Positions 40,865 through 50,501 of a stretch of DNA of 64,000 nt are shown here, one piece after another. Position 1 is the first letter of the stretch. Every line of letters starts with the position of its first letter. This stretch comes from Minisyncoccota bacterium (GTDB taxonomy: Bacteria > Patescibacteriota > Minisyncoccia > Phycocordibacterales > UBA918). The DNA is taken from positions 61,633-125,632 of the forward strand of contig JAJOLD010000001.1 in the NCBI GenBank assembly GCA_021129515.1. Reading direction: 5' to 3'. The translations under genes were made by a program, and so were the position numbers. The notes under the pieces are model-generated. The model did no database searches, was not told where the DNA came from, and was given only the letters and a program-made list of their open reading frames with translations.

Positions 40865-40916
40865 ACCTGTAGTATACCAGCAAAAACCATTATTTTAAGC
40901 GGTATACACACCCTGC

Positions 40917-40953
40917 ATACACCACTTGGGGTTTTAACCCCCAAGTGGTGTAT
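40917..40953. repeat. REP-like palindrome between scpA and scpB
   Basis: ATACACCACTTGGGG-(TTTTAAC)-CCCCAAGTGGTGTAT, 15-bp perfect arms, no U-tract. Confidence 0.7.
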
Positions 40954-40989
40954 ATACTCATACTACATACTTATACGAAATACTTGCTG

Positions 40990-41742
40990 CTAGATATAGC
41001 GTGGCACCTGATTACTTTCCCGTTCAATTTGAATATCTGAAAAGCGCGCATGTTGCTTCACAAGGACATTGCCCTGCTTTACCATTTCAAGTACTGCCAA
41101 AAATCCCACAATCACCGTAGTAGGTTCTTGCGAGTGCCCGGTAAATTCTTTAAATCCAAAACGCAATTGCCGTTCAACACGCTGCTTTAATCTATCAATC
41201 ATTTCTTCCAAAGACACCACCGGACGAACCCGAACCTTTTGCCTTACTTCTTTCTTTGGGAGTTTTGCAATCACCTCTTGTATCGCAGTCGCAAGCATAT
41301 CGGTTTCGGTAAACTTGTCGGTTACAAAAAGTGGTTCGCTATAGGGCGCATATGTTTTCTTATACGCAATCTGTTTTCCAAAGCGATCTGCAACTATGTT
41401 ACCTGCATCTCTGAAAATCTGGTACTGCTTCAGGCGATCTTGCAGGTCCTCAATACTCTCTTCCTCTTCACTGGTGAGTGAGAGTACGGGAAGTAGTGAC
41501 TTTGATTTAATCAAAAGGAGTGTTGACGCAAGCGCAACAAAGCGCGTGGTTTCTTTAAGCGGATTACGCTCCATTTCAGCGACGTGCGCAATATAGTCAT
41601 CAGTGACCGTTGCAAGTGAGATGTCGTTTACGAGGAGCTTACGCTTTTCAATAAGTTCAATCAGCAACTCCAAAGGCCCCGAAAACACTTCGGTTTGCAC
41701 AGCAAAATCAGTCACTGATGTAGGGTGCTCTACGTCCTGCAT
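40990..41742 (-). CDS. scpA: Segregation and condensation protein A (kleisin)
   Basis: FSGPLELLIELI, LLLIKSKSLLP, FLAVLEMVK. Confidence 0.95.
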   Translation of the reverse strand: MQDVEHPTSVTDFAVQTEVFSGPLELLIELIEKRKLLVNDISLATVTDDYIAHVAEMERNPLKETTRFVALASTLLLIKSKSLLPVLSLTSEEEESIEDLQDRLKQYQIFRDAGNIVADRFGKQIAYKKTYAPYSEPLFVTDKFTETDMLATAIQEVIAKLPKKEVRQKVRVRPVVSLEEMIDRLKQRVERQLRFGFKEFTGHSQEPTTVIVGFLAVLEMVKQGNVLVKQHARFSDIQIERESNQVPRYI

Positions 41743-41837
41743 GTCTGTATAGTATAGCACCCTTATTTCAAGGCTGTATTTTGGTTATACACCATTAAAA
41801 ACAACTAGGTCTGATTCAGTTGTTTTTGTAGATTTTT

Positions 41838-43265
41838 TTAATATTGTTCCAAAAATCGAACCAGGAGTCGGACCGGTTCTCCGGTTGCGCCTTTTGCGAG
41901 TTTGTCTGAGGGAACAGCATCCATACGTGGCGCCATATCGATATGTGCCCAAGGCACATCCTTCGGCGCAAAGTGTGAGAGAAACGTCCCACCTTCGATA
42001 CAGCCACCCCATCGAGAAAAATTTGGTGCCATATTTGCAATGTCCGCCCGCGTACTCTTCAGGTGTGCTTTGTATTCATCCCAGAGCGGCAGTGGCCACG
42101 TGTAATCGCCACTTTCCTCACCGAGCTCTTTGAGCTTCGCTTCAAGCTTCGCATCTTTAGTCATGCAGGCGCTTGCGTGTTGACCGAGTGCTACAAGTGA
42201 TGCCCCGGTCAGTGTTGCAACATCGAGCATAACACGTGGATTGTACTTTGTTACGTATGAGATACCGTCAGCGAGCACCAAGCGCCCCTCAGCGTCGGTG
42301 TGAATGACCTCAATGGTTTTTCCTGCATGTGAACCAATAATATCGCCTGCGCGCATTGAGCGGTCTGAAATAGAGTTTTCAGCAGCAGGGACAACTGCCA
42401 CAATGTTTTTCTTAAGTCCCAGCTTTGCAGCACATACAATACTCGCAATAACTGCTGCACCCCCCGACATATCGAGGTGCATCTCATGCATAGCGCCTGC
42501 TGGTTTTACATTAAGCCCACCTGAATCATAGGTAATGCCTTTCCCAACAAGCGCAATAGGCTGCTTCTTTTTGTCTTTTGTTCCTTTGGTTGGCTTTCCT
42601 GCGCCGTAGTACTCCATGAGAATAAAGCACGGAAGGTCGTCAGCTCCTTTCCCCACTGCCCAGAGTGCTGGGAAGTCTTTCTTTACCTTTTTGTGGTCAA
42701 AGATGGTGACTTTCACACCCGTTCCTCGTGCAAGTTTTTGTGTGGTTTTGCCGAGGATTGACGGCGTCATGTCGTCACCCGTGGTATTGGCAATATCACG
42801 TGCCTGGTTGGTGTACTCGCCGACGGTGCGTCCTTCGGTAAATGCTTTTTTCTCCTTTGGGCTCATGCTGCCACAAACAAGTACTTCTGTAAGTTTTTTC
42901 TGCTTGGCAGTACTCGTTTTGTACTTCGTGAACTCATACGCTGCAATAGTGAGATTCTCTGCGAGTGTACGCATCATCCAGGTATCACCATGCTCTGCAA
43001 GTTTCGGGAATACTGTGTTTGAGAGTTGCAGTGCAAGATGTTCTATCTGGTGGCTCTGTGCTGCCTGCACAATGGTCCGCACAAAGATGATAAACCCGCG
43101 TGGTGTCATATCCTTCCACTTCCCTGCACCCAGACGGTACTCAAGTGTGCCGTCCTTGCACTCAACAAGACGATGTACACTTGGTGCGTCTTCGGTTACA
43201 ACAAGCCGACAGTACTTCTTGTGCGCACCGGAAATATCCTTAGTCGTTGTCTTTATCTTCGTCAT
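41838..43265 (-). CDS. pepA: Leucyl aminopeptidase (M17)
   Basis: VGKGITYDSGG, DMSGGAAV, HTDAEGRLVLAD, ATLTGA, WAHIDMA. Confidence 0.95.
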   Translation of the reverse strand: MTKIKTTTKDISGAHKKYCRLVVTEDAPSVHRLVECKDGTLEYRLGAGKWKDMTPRGFIIFVRTIVQAAQSHQIEHLALQLSNTVFPKLAEHGDTWMMRTLAENLTIAAYEFTKYKTSTAKQKKLTEVLVCGSMSPKEKKAFTEGRTVGEYTNQARDIANTTGDDMTPSILGKTTQKLARGTGVKVTIFDHKKVKKDFPALWAVGKGADDLPCFILMEYYGAGKPTKGTKDKKKQPIALVGKGITYDSGGLNVKPAGAMHEMHLDMSGGAAVIASIVCAAKLGLKKNIVAVVPAAENSISDRSMRAGDIIGSHAGKTIEVIHTDAEGRLVLADGISYVTKYNPRVMLDVATLTGASLVALGQHASACMTKDAKLEAKLKELGEESGDYTWPLPLWDEYKAHLKSTRADIANMAPNFSRWGGCIEGGTFLSHFAPKDVPWAHIDMAPRMDAVPSDKLAKGATGEPVRLLVRFLEQY

Positions 43266-44601
43266 TATCTTTAGTCTTAGAGAGTAATGTATCGATACGG
43301 TTAATATCGCGCGGGAAGTACGTTGCTTCCTTTACATTGTGTACACCCGTGAATTTTTGGGTGAGTCGTTCAAGACCGAGCCCAATACCGCCGTGTGGAG
43401 GCATGCCGTGTTTGAAGGCTTGGAGATAGTAGTCAAATTTTTCTGGCTCAAGCCCTTTTTCTTCAAGTCGAGCCACCACGTCATCGTACTTGTGGACACG
43501 CTGACTTCCTGAACACATCTCGAGTCCACGGAAGAGGAGGTCAAAGCTGCGGGTGAACTTGGGATCTTCAGGCTCTATATAGGTATAGAATGGTCGCTTG
43601 CTCGTTGGGAAATGTGTGACGAATACAAAATCTGAGTCAAGATTTTTGTTTACATACTCACAGAGAAATCGTTCATCTTCTGGTTCTAGGTCTGGTTCAT
43701 TGGTCTTGTCAACGCCTGTTTCTTTAAGGATGAGCTCTTGCGCTTCGCGAAGTGTAAACACGGGGAATGCCTCGGGAGCTTTTGCCGGTTCCATCTCAAG
43801 AAGCGTGAGTTCGTCCGCGCATTCAGTCGCAACAGCATCTGCAACAGCACGCATGAGTTTTGTGGTCATATCCATCACATCGGTATGGTCTTTAATGAAT
43901 CCCATCTCGAAATCAAGCATGGCGATTTCGCTGAGGTGGCGTGAGGTGGCACTTCGTTCTGCACGGAAGGTAGTACCAGTTGCAAACACGCGTTCGAATA
44001 CACCGACGAGGATTTGTTTGTAGAGTTGTGGGCTGGTTGCAAGGAACGCGTCTTGGTCGTTGAAGTACTCTACCTTAAACACTTCCGCACCTCCTTCAGC
44101 ATCTCCTCCGACAAGCTTTGGTGTTTGAAACTCAGTAAACCCTTCTCCAGCAAGGAATGAACGGAATGTGTTTACTATTGTGTGCTGTACTTTAAAAATT
44201 GCTTGCTCATGCTCACGGCGAAGCGTGATTGGTCGATAGTCAAGGAGTGTGTCGATAGTGAGCTCACTCTCAAGATCAAAGGGCAGTGCATGTGCTTCGT
44301 TGAGGACTTCGATACCAGTGATTTCAATTTCAATATCACCATTTTGCACATCTGCTTTGCGCATGTTTTCTGGTCGTTCGTTGACCACTCCCGTAATAGC
44401 AACCACCCATTCGGCCTTAAGTGTCTTTGCCACCTCAAGCACTTCGGGTTTCCCAAAGACCACCCCCTGCACTTTCCCCGTGCGGTCACGAAAGTCGAAG
44501 AACGCCATCTTTCCTTGATTGCGTTCAGTGTCTACCCAACATTGAATAGTCACTTCCTTTCCTGTATGTTCCGACAAATCTGTAATCAATATTCTCTCCA
44601 T
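43240..44601 (-). CDS. aspS: Aspartate--tRNA(Asp/Asn) ligase, short archaeal-type (probably non-discriminating)
   Basis: OB fold, AEGGAEVF, SPQLYKQ, FRAE, GMPPHGGIGLGLERL, FPRD; ~453 aa with no GAD insert. Confidence 0.9.
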   Translation of the reverse strand: MERILITDLSEHTGKEVTIQCWVDTERNQGKMAFFDFRDRTGKVQGVVFGKPEVLEVAKTLKAEWVVAITGVVNERPENMRKADVQNGDIEIEITGIEVLNEAHALPFDLESELTIDTLLDYRPITLRREHEQAIFKVQHTIVNTFRSFLAGEGFTEFQTPKLVGGDAEGGAEVFKVEYFNDQDAFLATSPQLYKQILVGVFERVFATGTTFRAERSATSRHLSEIAMLDFEMGFIKDHTDVMDMTTKLMRAVADAVATECADELTLLEMEPAKAPEAFPVFTLREAQELILKETGVDKTNEPDLEPEDERFLCEYVNKNLDSDFVFVTHFPTSKRPFYTYIEPEDPKFTRSFDLLFRGLEMCSGSQRVHKYDDVVARLEEKGLEPEKFDYYLQAFKHGMPPHGGIGLGLERLTQKFTGVHNVKEATYFPRDINRIDTLLSKTKDNDEDKDND

Positions 44602-44617
44602 ACCTTTTCTTGTTACG

Positions 44618-44636
44618 TACAAGGTCCGACCTTGTA
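44618..44636. repeat. REP-like palindrome related to family B
   Basis: Reverse complement TACAAGGTCGGACCTTGTA versus family B TACAGGGGTCGGACCCCTGTA. Confidence 0.55.
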
Positions 44637-44649
44637 GATTTAATAGTGA

Positions 44650-44955
44650 ATAAAAAACACCCCTACAAACAAACCATAACCCTTAAGGAATGATGTGTTT
44701 GTAGGGGCGCTCGTGGCGCGGTGCCACCCTACGTTCTCCAACCGTATGCAAAGCACATGGTATAGGACTTCATTGTGCGTGTGTCGTACGCGAACGGAGG
44801 GTTCTACTCAATGGGCAACGTTGTATTGACTGCGACATCCAGCAATTTGCTTTAGGTAAGAAGCAAATTGGGATGAAAATTCGCAATAGTCGCGTACGCT
44901 CGTTTACTCATTTTTCCTCCCTCACCTCAGCAGAGTTAGCTGCATCATAGGTGTA
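44650..44955 (-). ncRNA. T-box riboswitch leader of aspS
   Basis: Minus strand AGGG-TGGCACC-GCG (44717-30) able to pair with CGC-CCCT (antiterminator); overlapping terminator CGCCCCTACAAACA...TGTTTGTAGGGGTG-TTTTTT; long upstream stem. Confidence 0.88.
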
Positions 44956-44961
44956 GCATCA

Positions 44962-44990
44962 ATACTAGGATGAGCGCTACAATTTGTCAA
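44962..44990 (-). promoter_or_regulatory. Sigma70 promoter of the T-box/aspS transcript
   Basis: TTGACA (44985-90), 17 bp, TAGTAT (44962-67) on minus strand. Confidence 0.75.
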
Positions 44991-44995
44991 AGTGT

Positions 44996-46000
44996 TTAGA
45001 ATGTAATGCCAATAGCTTCTCGCACACGAGCAAGTTGTTGGTGCGATACTTCGCGCGCCTTAGTTACCCCTATTTCGAGCACCTGCTCAATATCAGCATC
45101 AGAGATGTTTTTATAATTTTCTCGCATTGGGGCAACCACAGCTTCGATATCTGCGACAAGTGCTTTCTTGAGGTCTCCGTAGCGTCCTTCATGTTCTGTA
45201 TAGAGCGTTTCAAGTTCTGCTTCATCCTTAAATAGTTTGTGGATGGCATATACGTTCTCAGGGCGCTTCCCTTCAGAGTCGGTTACGATACCCATCACGG
45301 CTTTGCTGATTTCTTCTTCTGACCCAAAGAGTGGGATAGTGTTTTTGTAACTCTTACTCATTTTTGCGCCATCAGTACCAGGCACCACACCAACAGCTTT
45401 GAGAATAAGCTCTTTTGGTTCTTTTAGTGTTCCACCGTAGGTATTGTTAAATTTGGTTGCGGCTTCGCGGGTGTATTCGAGGTGCTGCCGTTGATCTTCT
45501 CCTACCGGTACCACATCAGCATTATAGAGCATGATGTCTGCCGCCATAAGCATTGGGTAGGTAAAGAGTCCTGCATTTGCTTCAAGACCTTTTGCAACCT
45601 TATCTTTATAGGCATGTGCTTGCATCAAAAAGGGCACGGTCACCAGACAATTAAGGATCCATGCAAGTTCCATATGGTCTTGATTATCTGATTGTCGAAA
45701 TAGGGTTACCTTTTCTGAGTCTATCCCTGCTGCAAGGTAGGTGCGCACAATGTCATATATATTGGCACGAAGTGCCTCTTTGTCGCGAATAGACGTGAGC
45801 GCATGATAGTCAGCAACCATGAGGAAGCTCTCATATTCCTCATACATATCCTGAAATGGCTTGAGTGACCCAAAGTAGTTCCCAATATGAAGCGTGCCTG
45901 AAGGTTGGAGACCAGTGAGTAACACTTGCTTCTTTTGCTCGCTTGGAAGAACGATACTATCATCTCGCTCGGAAGTAAGTAATCGTGTTTTCTGTGACAT
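44996..46000 (-). CDS. trpS: Tryptophan--tRNA ligase
   Basis: GLQPSGTLHIGNY, YPMLMAADI, VPVGEDQRQH, KMSKS. Confidence 0.97.
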   Translation of the reverse strand: MSQKTRLLTSERDDSIVLPSEQKKQVLLTGLQPSGTLHIGNYFGSLKPFQDMYEEYESFLMVADYHALTSIRDKEALRANIYDIVRTYLAAGIDSEKVTLFRQSDNQDHMELAWILNCLVTVPFLMQAHAYKDKVAKGLEANAGLFTYPMLMAADIMLYNADVVPVGEDQRQHLEYTREAATKFNNTYGGTLKEPKELILKAVGVVPGTDGAKMSKSYKNTIPLFGSEEEISKAVMGIVTDSEGKRPENVYAIHKLFKDEAELETLYTEHEGRYGDLKKALVADIEAVVAPMRENYKNISDADIEQVLEIGVTKAREVSHQQLARVREAIGITF

Positions 46001-46073
46001 ATAGGAATAGTAGCAAAGACGCCGCGGAAATGCTATGCATTTCCGCGGCGTCGTGCGTATAACACCACTTCCC

Positions 46074-47252
46074 TTATACCGTTGGCATTTCTACCGTAAA
46101 CGCAGAACCCTTTCCTTCTCCTTCTGACGTTACCGCTATCGCACCTCCCATTTCCTCAACCATCTTCTTTGCAACAAACAGTCCGAGTCCAGTGCCAGTT
46201 GTATTTATATTGTTTGCATTTTTTGCACGCACAAACTTATCAAACACATCTTCAAGTGCTGTGGCATCCATCCCCACACCGGCATCTTGTACAGTGATGC
46301 GCATCTTTTTGGTAGCGACATCGTTGTGTGCAATCACGTCAATACTTCCCTTTGGGGTGTATTTCATAGCATTATCAACAAGATTTTGAATGACCTGCCG
46401 CATTTTACCAATATCGGCATTGACCACACACGACCCATCGCAATCTGAACGATACATGAGCACCAAACCTTTCTTCACTGCAGTTGGACGCATATCATCA
46501 ACAAGTTTTTCAGTCTCCTCGGCAAGGTTAAAGTCGCTCATTTCATAGCACATATTACCTGCTTCAATCCGAGACACATTCAAATAATCCTCAATGGAGA
46601 GCGCCATAAACCTGCTCGACTCAGCAATACGCTCCACCGCCTCAGTTGATTTTTTTGAGAGTGCACCAAATGAACCTTCAAGCAGCATTGAGGTATATCC
46701 ACGAATAGCCGTAAGCGGACTCCTGAGTTGGTGCGATGCAATCGAAACAAACTCTGACTTCATCTTATCGAGCACCTTGAGCTTTTCGTCTGCCTGCGCA
46801 AGCATCGCTGCTGACTCTTTTAAAGACGCAGTATACCGTCTCGACGTCATAATAATGATGAGCGTCAAAATAGTAATCAATAGAATCAAAAAGATGATAA
46901 ATATCAAAAATGGAAGGAGTGTCTGTGTGATGATGGTGAAGAAGTCGTCAGCCTTAATATCAGTTGCAATGACTGCCGCGACCGAATAGAATGATTCGGT
47001 GTAGCTAAAGGCGAGCGCTTCCTGCAAGTGACCAATCGCAATATCTTGCAACATCTGACTCACCGCAACACCGACAGCAAACAACACCAACTTTATGCGG
47101 TATGACCACTTACTAAAGGCGGTATACCCATCTGCCATCCCAAACAGTATAAGTCCTACTACAGTGACCAAAATCGCTATCATTTGTCCTGTAGAGACAC
47201 TGTCGGTATATATCGAAAATTGTGCAAGAAGTATGGAAAGCACCAACACCAC
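46074..47252 (-). CDS. Sensor histidine kinase (HisKA + HATPase) with multi-TM N-terminus, 5' part broken
   Basis: FVSIASHQLRSPLT, NLVDNAMKYT, DAGVGM, GTGLGL. Confidence 0.88.
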   Translation of the reverse strand: MVLVLSILLAQFSIYTDSVSTGQMIAILVTVVGLILFGMADGYTAFSKWSYRIKLVLFAVGVAVSQMLQDIAIGHLQEALAFSYTESFYSVAAVIATDIKADDFFTIITQTLLPFLIFIIFLILLITILTLIIIMTSRRYTASLKESAAMLAQADEKLKVLDKMKSEFVSIASHQLRSPLTAIRGYTSMLLEGSFGALSKKSTEAVERIAESSRFMALSIEDYLNVSRIEAGNMCYEMSDFNLAEETEKLVDDMRPTAVKKGLVLMYRSDCDGSCVVNADIGKMRQVIQNLVDNAMKYTPKGSIDVIAHNDVATKKMRITVQDAGVGMDATALEDVFDKFVRAKNANNINTTGTGLGLFVAKKMVEEMGGAIAVTSEGEGKGSAFTVEMPTV

Positions 47253-47625
47253 AACACCACCATAGGTGTTACCCCCTCATACAACGACAATTCTGTAGCA
47301 CCCCCACAAGTTTAGCTTCCCGTGTATCTGCAGGAAACATCACCAAGAAATAGAACCAGTTTGCCCAAATCAGGACAACACCTGCCATGCATGCAATGCC
47401 AGCGGGCAGCAACGGCACCAGGTGCCAATGTACATTCCACGCAACAAACGGATAGTTATCAACAAATGTAAAAATGAACATCGGCACAGTAAGCAGCGGT
47501 ACAATCGCACTGACAATCATCGCATGTGCCGACCGAGTATATACCTTTAAGCCTGCAAAGACGATATCCATGATATAGAACAGCCCCATTGCAAGGGCAC
47601 TTACCAATGCAAATTGATAGTGCAT
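47253..47625 (-). pseudogene. Frameshifted N-terminal membrane (EamA/DMT-like) segment of the kinase gene
   Basis: Three frames linked by a G5 run (~47300-47305) and an 8-bp tandem duplication GTGGTGTT x2 (~47245-47260); repaired text reads GATELSLYEGVTPMVVLVLSILL. Confidence 0.65.
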
Positions 47626-47709
47626 AATATCTACTTATGTGTGATAAAAACTGATACAGTTATACTATGAATTTAGTGAAAAGCAATAGAGTGGCATCAT
47701 GCAATACCC

Positions 47710-49656
47710 CTACCGCACGGTCCATCCCTGTGCAATGACGGCTGCGTTGACAGTTTCCATAATTTCATTCACCTCTTCATCGGTGAGTGTTCGTTCGTCT
47801 GATTGGAAGACGAGTTTATATGCATACGATACCTGCGAAGTGCCATCTTCGTTTTCTTTCGTAAAGACATCAAAAAGTCGTGGTGCACGCACAAGCAAAT
47901 CACCTCCCGCTTTGGTTAGTATATGCTCAAGCGCTGTCTGATCTGCTTCACTAGGTACAAAAACAGCAATATCGCGAGACATATGCGGATATGGTGAAAT
48001 AGGTGCAAACGTACACTCAGGCGCACCTGTTTCGAGCACAGTATCGTAGGTGTCTGGTTGCGGAAGCACTTCAATGAGTGCAGTAAAGTCAATTTGCACG
48101 GTAGCACCACCCTCGTGTCGGTCGACGATGTCTCCAGGCACCTCTATACCAAGGTCTTCTGAAAGTTTCTTAAGTACCGCTTCGAGCGCTGCCTGCTCTC
48201 CTGCTTTGCTCTTCTTTCGCTTTGGATTATGGTAGCCAATACCCAATGCCGTATATTCTCTCTCTGGGGTGAATATCGCACCAAATTCAAATATATTCAC
48301 TGTGTCTGCACCAAGCAAATCAAGATTACGTGCGTTGAGTATCAGACTATCGGTGATACCATCATGTATATTGTCACGTAAATATGGGCGGTCTTTTGCC
48401 AGTGGGTTTTCAAGCACAAGAGCACCTGTTGCACGAAGCACGTAAGTCTGTACTTCAGAGTACCCATAGTCATTGAGTACCTGACGGATTTTATTTCTAT
48501 AATAAAACTCCTTGAGGACAGTTGGTGCAAAATCCATAGCACTCGGTAGTTCCTCAGGTACCTTGTCGTACCCGTATATACGCGCAATCTCCTCAATGAG
48601 GTCTTCAGCGATACGCATATCCAGCCGCTCATGCGGCACAGTAATGGTAACGTCGGTATCAGTCGCATCATATGGAAAACCAAAGGCTTCAATAATACGG
48701 ATAACTTCGTCACAGGGCACCTCAATACCAATCACTTGGTTAATCTTTGCATATGACACGGTTATCGTTGCCTGCGTTTCTGAATGTGGGTATACATCAG
48801 TACATGGTGCTACCACAGTATCGTCAGTGCCTGCAAGTGCTTGTATCAGTGCTGTTGCCATCTCGATACCGTGCGCAGCCATTTCTGAGGTAATACCATT
48901 TTCATAGCGCTTTGATGCATCAGTTTTAATCTGTGTTTTCTGCACTATTTTGCGCACCAATACGGAATTAAAATTAGCCGACTCAATCACAATGTTGGTG
49001 GTATGCTCGTCTACTTCCGCTTTCTTGCCACCTTTAATACCCGCGAGTGCTATTGGGTCCTTGCCGTCTGCAATCACGAGCACCGTTTCGTCGAGTTCGA
49101 TTTCTCTGTTATCGAGTGTGGTTATGGTTTCACCTGCACGAGCAGAACGAATCCTGATTTCACCATCCTCAATCTTGTCCGCATCAAACACATGCAGTGG
49201 TTGCCCCATGCCAAAGAGAACGTAGTTGGTAATATCAACAATATTGTTGATAGACCGTTGTCCGAGAGACTCAACGCGTTCCCGCAACCAATCCGGTGAT
49301 GGTCCCACGGTCACATTTGCCATATAACGACCAATATATCGAGGACAAAGCGCTTCGTTTTCAATGGTTACTGACAGTTTTTCACGCAAGGTTTCATCTC
49401 CTGGTACTGGTTCGTACACCTTCTCTGTGACCGGTGTATTGGTAAGGACACCAATTTCACGTGCAATACCTCGATGACAGAGACAGTCGTGCGCACGGTT
49501 TGGCAGCACATCAACATCGATGAGGTAGTCGTCCCCCTGCGGAGTCACTTGCTCAATCTCAAAAGCACCCTTGGTAATACGGGTAACCAGTTCCCTAGGA
49601 TCGGGCAATGTGCCATTGAAATACTCTTCTGCAAGCCATTTATATGAAACGTCCAT
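47710..49656 (-). CDS. pheT: Phenylalanine--tRNA ligase beta subunit (lacks B2 OB domain)
   Basis: VSYKWL, PNRAHDCL, INNIVDITNY, GQPLHVFD, DLIEEIARIYGY, C-terminal FDX-ACB (RDIA...ERTLTDEE). Confidence 0.96.
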   Translation of the reverse strand: MDVSYKWLAEEYFNGTLPDPRELVTRITKGAFEIEQVTPQGDDYLIDVDVLPNRAHDCLCHRGIAREIGVLTNTPVTEKVYEPVPGDETLREKLSVTIENEALCPRYIGRYMANVTVGPSPDWLRERVESLGQRSINNIVDITNYVLFGMGQPLHVFDADKIEDGEIRIRSARAGETITTLDNREIELDETVLVIADGKDPIALAGIKGGKKAEVDEHTTNIVIESANFNSVLVRKIVQKTQIKTDASKRYENGITSEMAAHGIEMATALIQALAGTDDTVVAPCTDVYPHSETQATITVSYAKINQVIGIEVPCDEVIRIIEAFGFPYDATDTDVTITVPHERLDMRIAEDLIEEIARIYGYDKVPEELPSAMDFAPTVLKEFYYRNKIRQVLNDYGYSEVQTYVLRATGALVLENPLAKDRPYLRDNIHDGITDSLILNARNLDLLGADTVNIFEFGAIFTPEREYTALGIGYHNPKRKKSKAGEQAALEAVLKKLSEDLGIEVPGDIVDRHEGGATVQIDFTALIEVLPQPDTYDTVLETGAPECTFAPISPYPHMSRDIAVFVPSEADQTALEHILTKAGGDLLVRAPRLFDVFTKENEDGTSQVSYAYKLVFQSDERTLTDEEVNEIMETVNAAVIAQGWTVR

Positions 49657-49659
49657 ATC

Positions 49660-50388
49660 TTAAAATTGATTTACAAGCCTCAGATCACCACTCGACATAA
49701 GGCGAATATCAGTAATGCCATACTTGAGCATTGCAAGACGCTCCACACCCGTACCAAATGCAAATCCCTGATACCGCGTAGCATCAATACCTGCAGCGTT
49801 TAGTACATTTGGGTGCACCATGCCAGCGCCAAGAATTTCTATCCAGCCACTTTGCTTGCAAGTTGGGCAGCCGTCACCACCACACTTAAAGCACACCATA
49901 TCAATTTCAACACCAGGTTCCACAAATGGGAAAAAGCCTGGACGAAACTGCGTTTGCACATCGTCACCGTAGAGCTTGCGGAGATAATGATTCAACGTAC
50001 CTTTAAGATGCGCCATAGTGACATCCTCCCCAACAACAAGCCCTTCTACCTGATGAAATTGAAAATCATGAGTCGCGTCAGTTGCTTCATTACGAAAGAC
50101 ACGCCCCGGTACAATTATTTTAAACGGTGGCTTTTTTGTCTCCATGTATCGTCCCTGCACAGCTGAGGTCTGTGTGCGGAGGACTGTTTCCTTGAGTCCC
50201 TTGACCCAAAAGGTATCCTGCATATCACGTGAAGGATGGTCACGCGGGACATTCAGTATGTCAAAATTATACTGCTCAGTTTCCATCTCTGGTCCAGCAG
50301 CAACTTCAAAGCCCATCTCAATCAGTGGACGTGCAATGTCGTTAATAATATGTGTTACTGGATGCGTATGCCCTTTCTGTGTTTCCAT
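49660..50388 (-). CDS. pheS: Phenylalanine--tRNA ligase alpha subunit (no N-terminal coiled coil)
   Basis: GHTHP, HPSRDMQDTF, LRTQTS, FHQVEGL, FFPFVEP, GAGMVHP, ERLAML. Confidence 0.96.
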   Translation of the reverse strand: METQKGHTHPVTHIINDIARPLIEMGFEVAAGPEMETEQYNFDILNVPRDHPSRDMQDTFWVKGLKETVLRTQTSAVQGRYMETKKPPFKIIVPGRVFRNEATDATHDFQFHQVEGLVVGEDVTMAHLKGTLNHYLRKLYGDDVQTQFRPGFFPFVEPGVEIDMVCFKCGGDGCPTCKQSGWIEILGAGMVHPNVLNAAGIDATRYQGFAFGTGVERLAMLKYGITDIRLMSSGDLRLVNQF

Positions 50389-50501
50389 AATCGTACTCGC
50401 GATTATACCGCTAAAAATAGAAATAATAAAGGAAAGCACTTGCATGAGTGTCGTTTTTTGTGCATCATCAATCGCAGGTGTGCATACCTGTGAGGTGCGT
50501 C

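Noticed and set aside
42616-43287. Long antisense or alternate-frame ORFs (e.g. 42616..43287 +, 20704..21300 -, 53039..53638 -, 355..687 -)
   Set aside because: They shadow well-supported genes and show no motifs of their own
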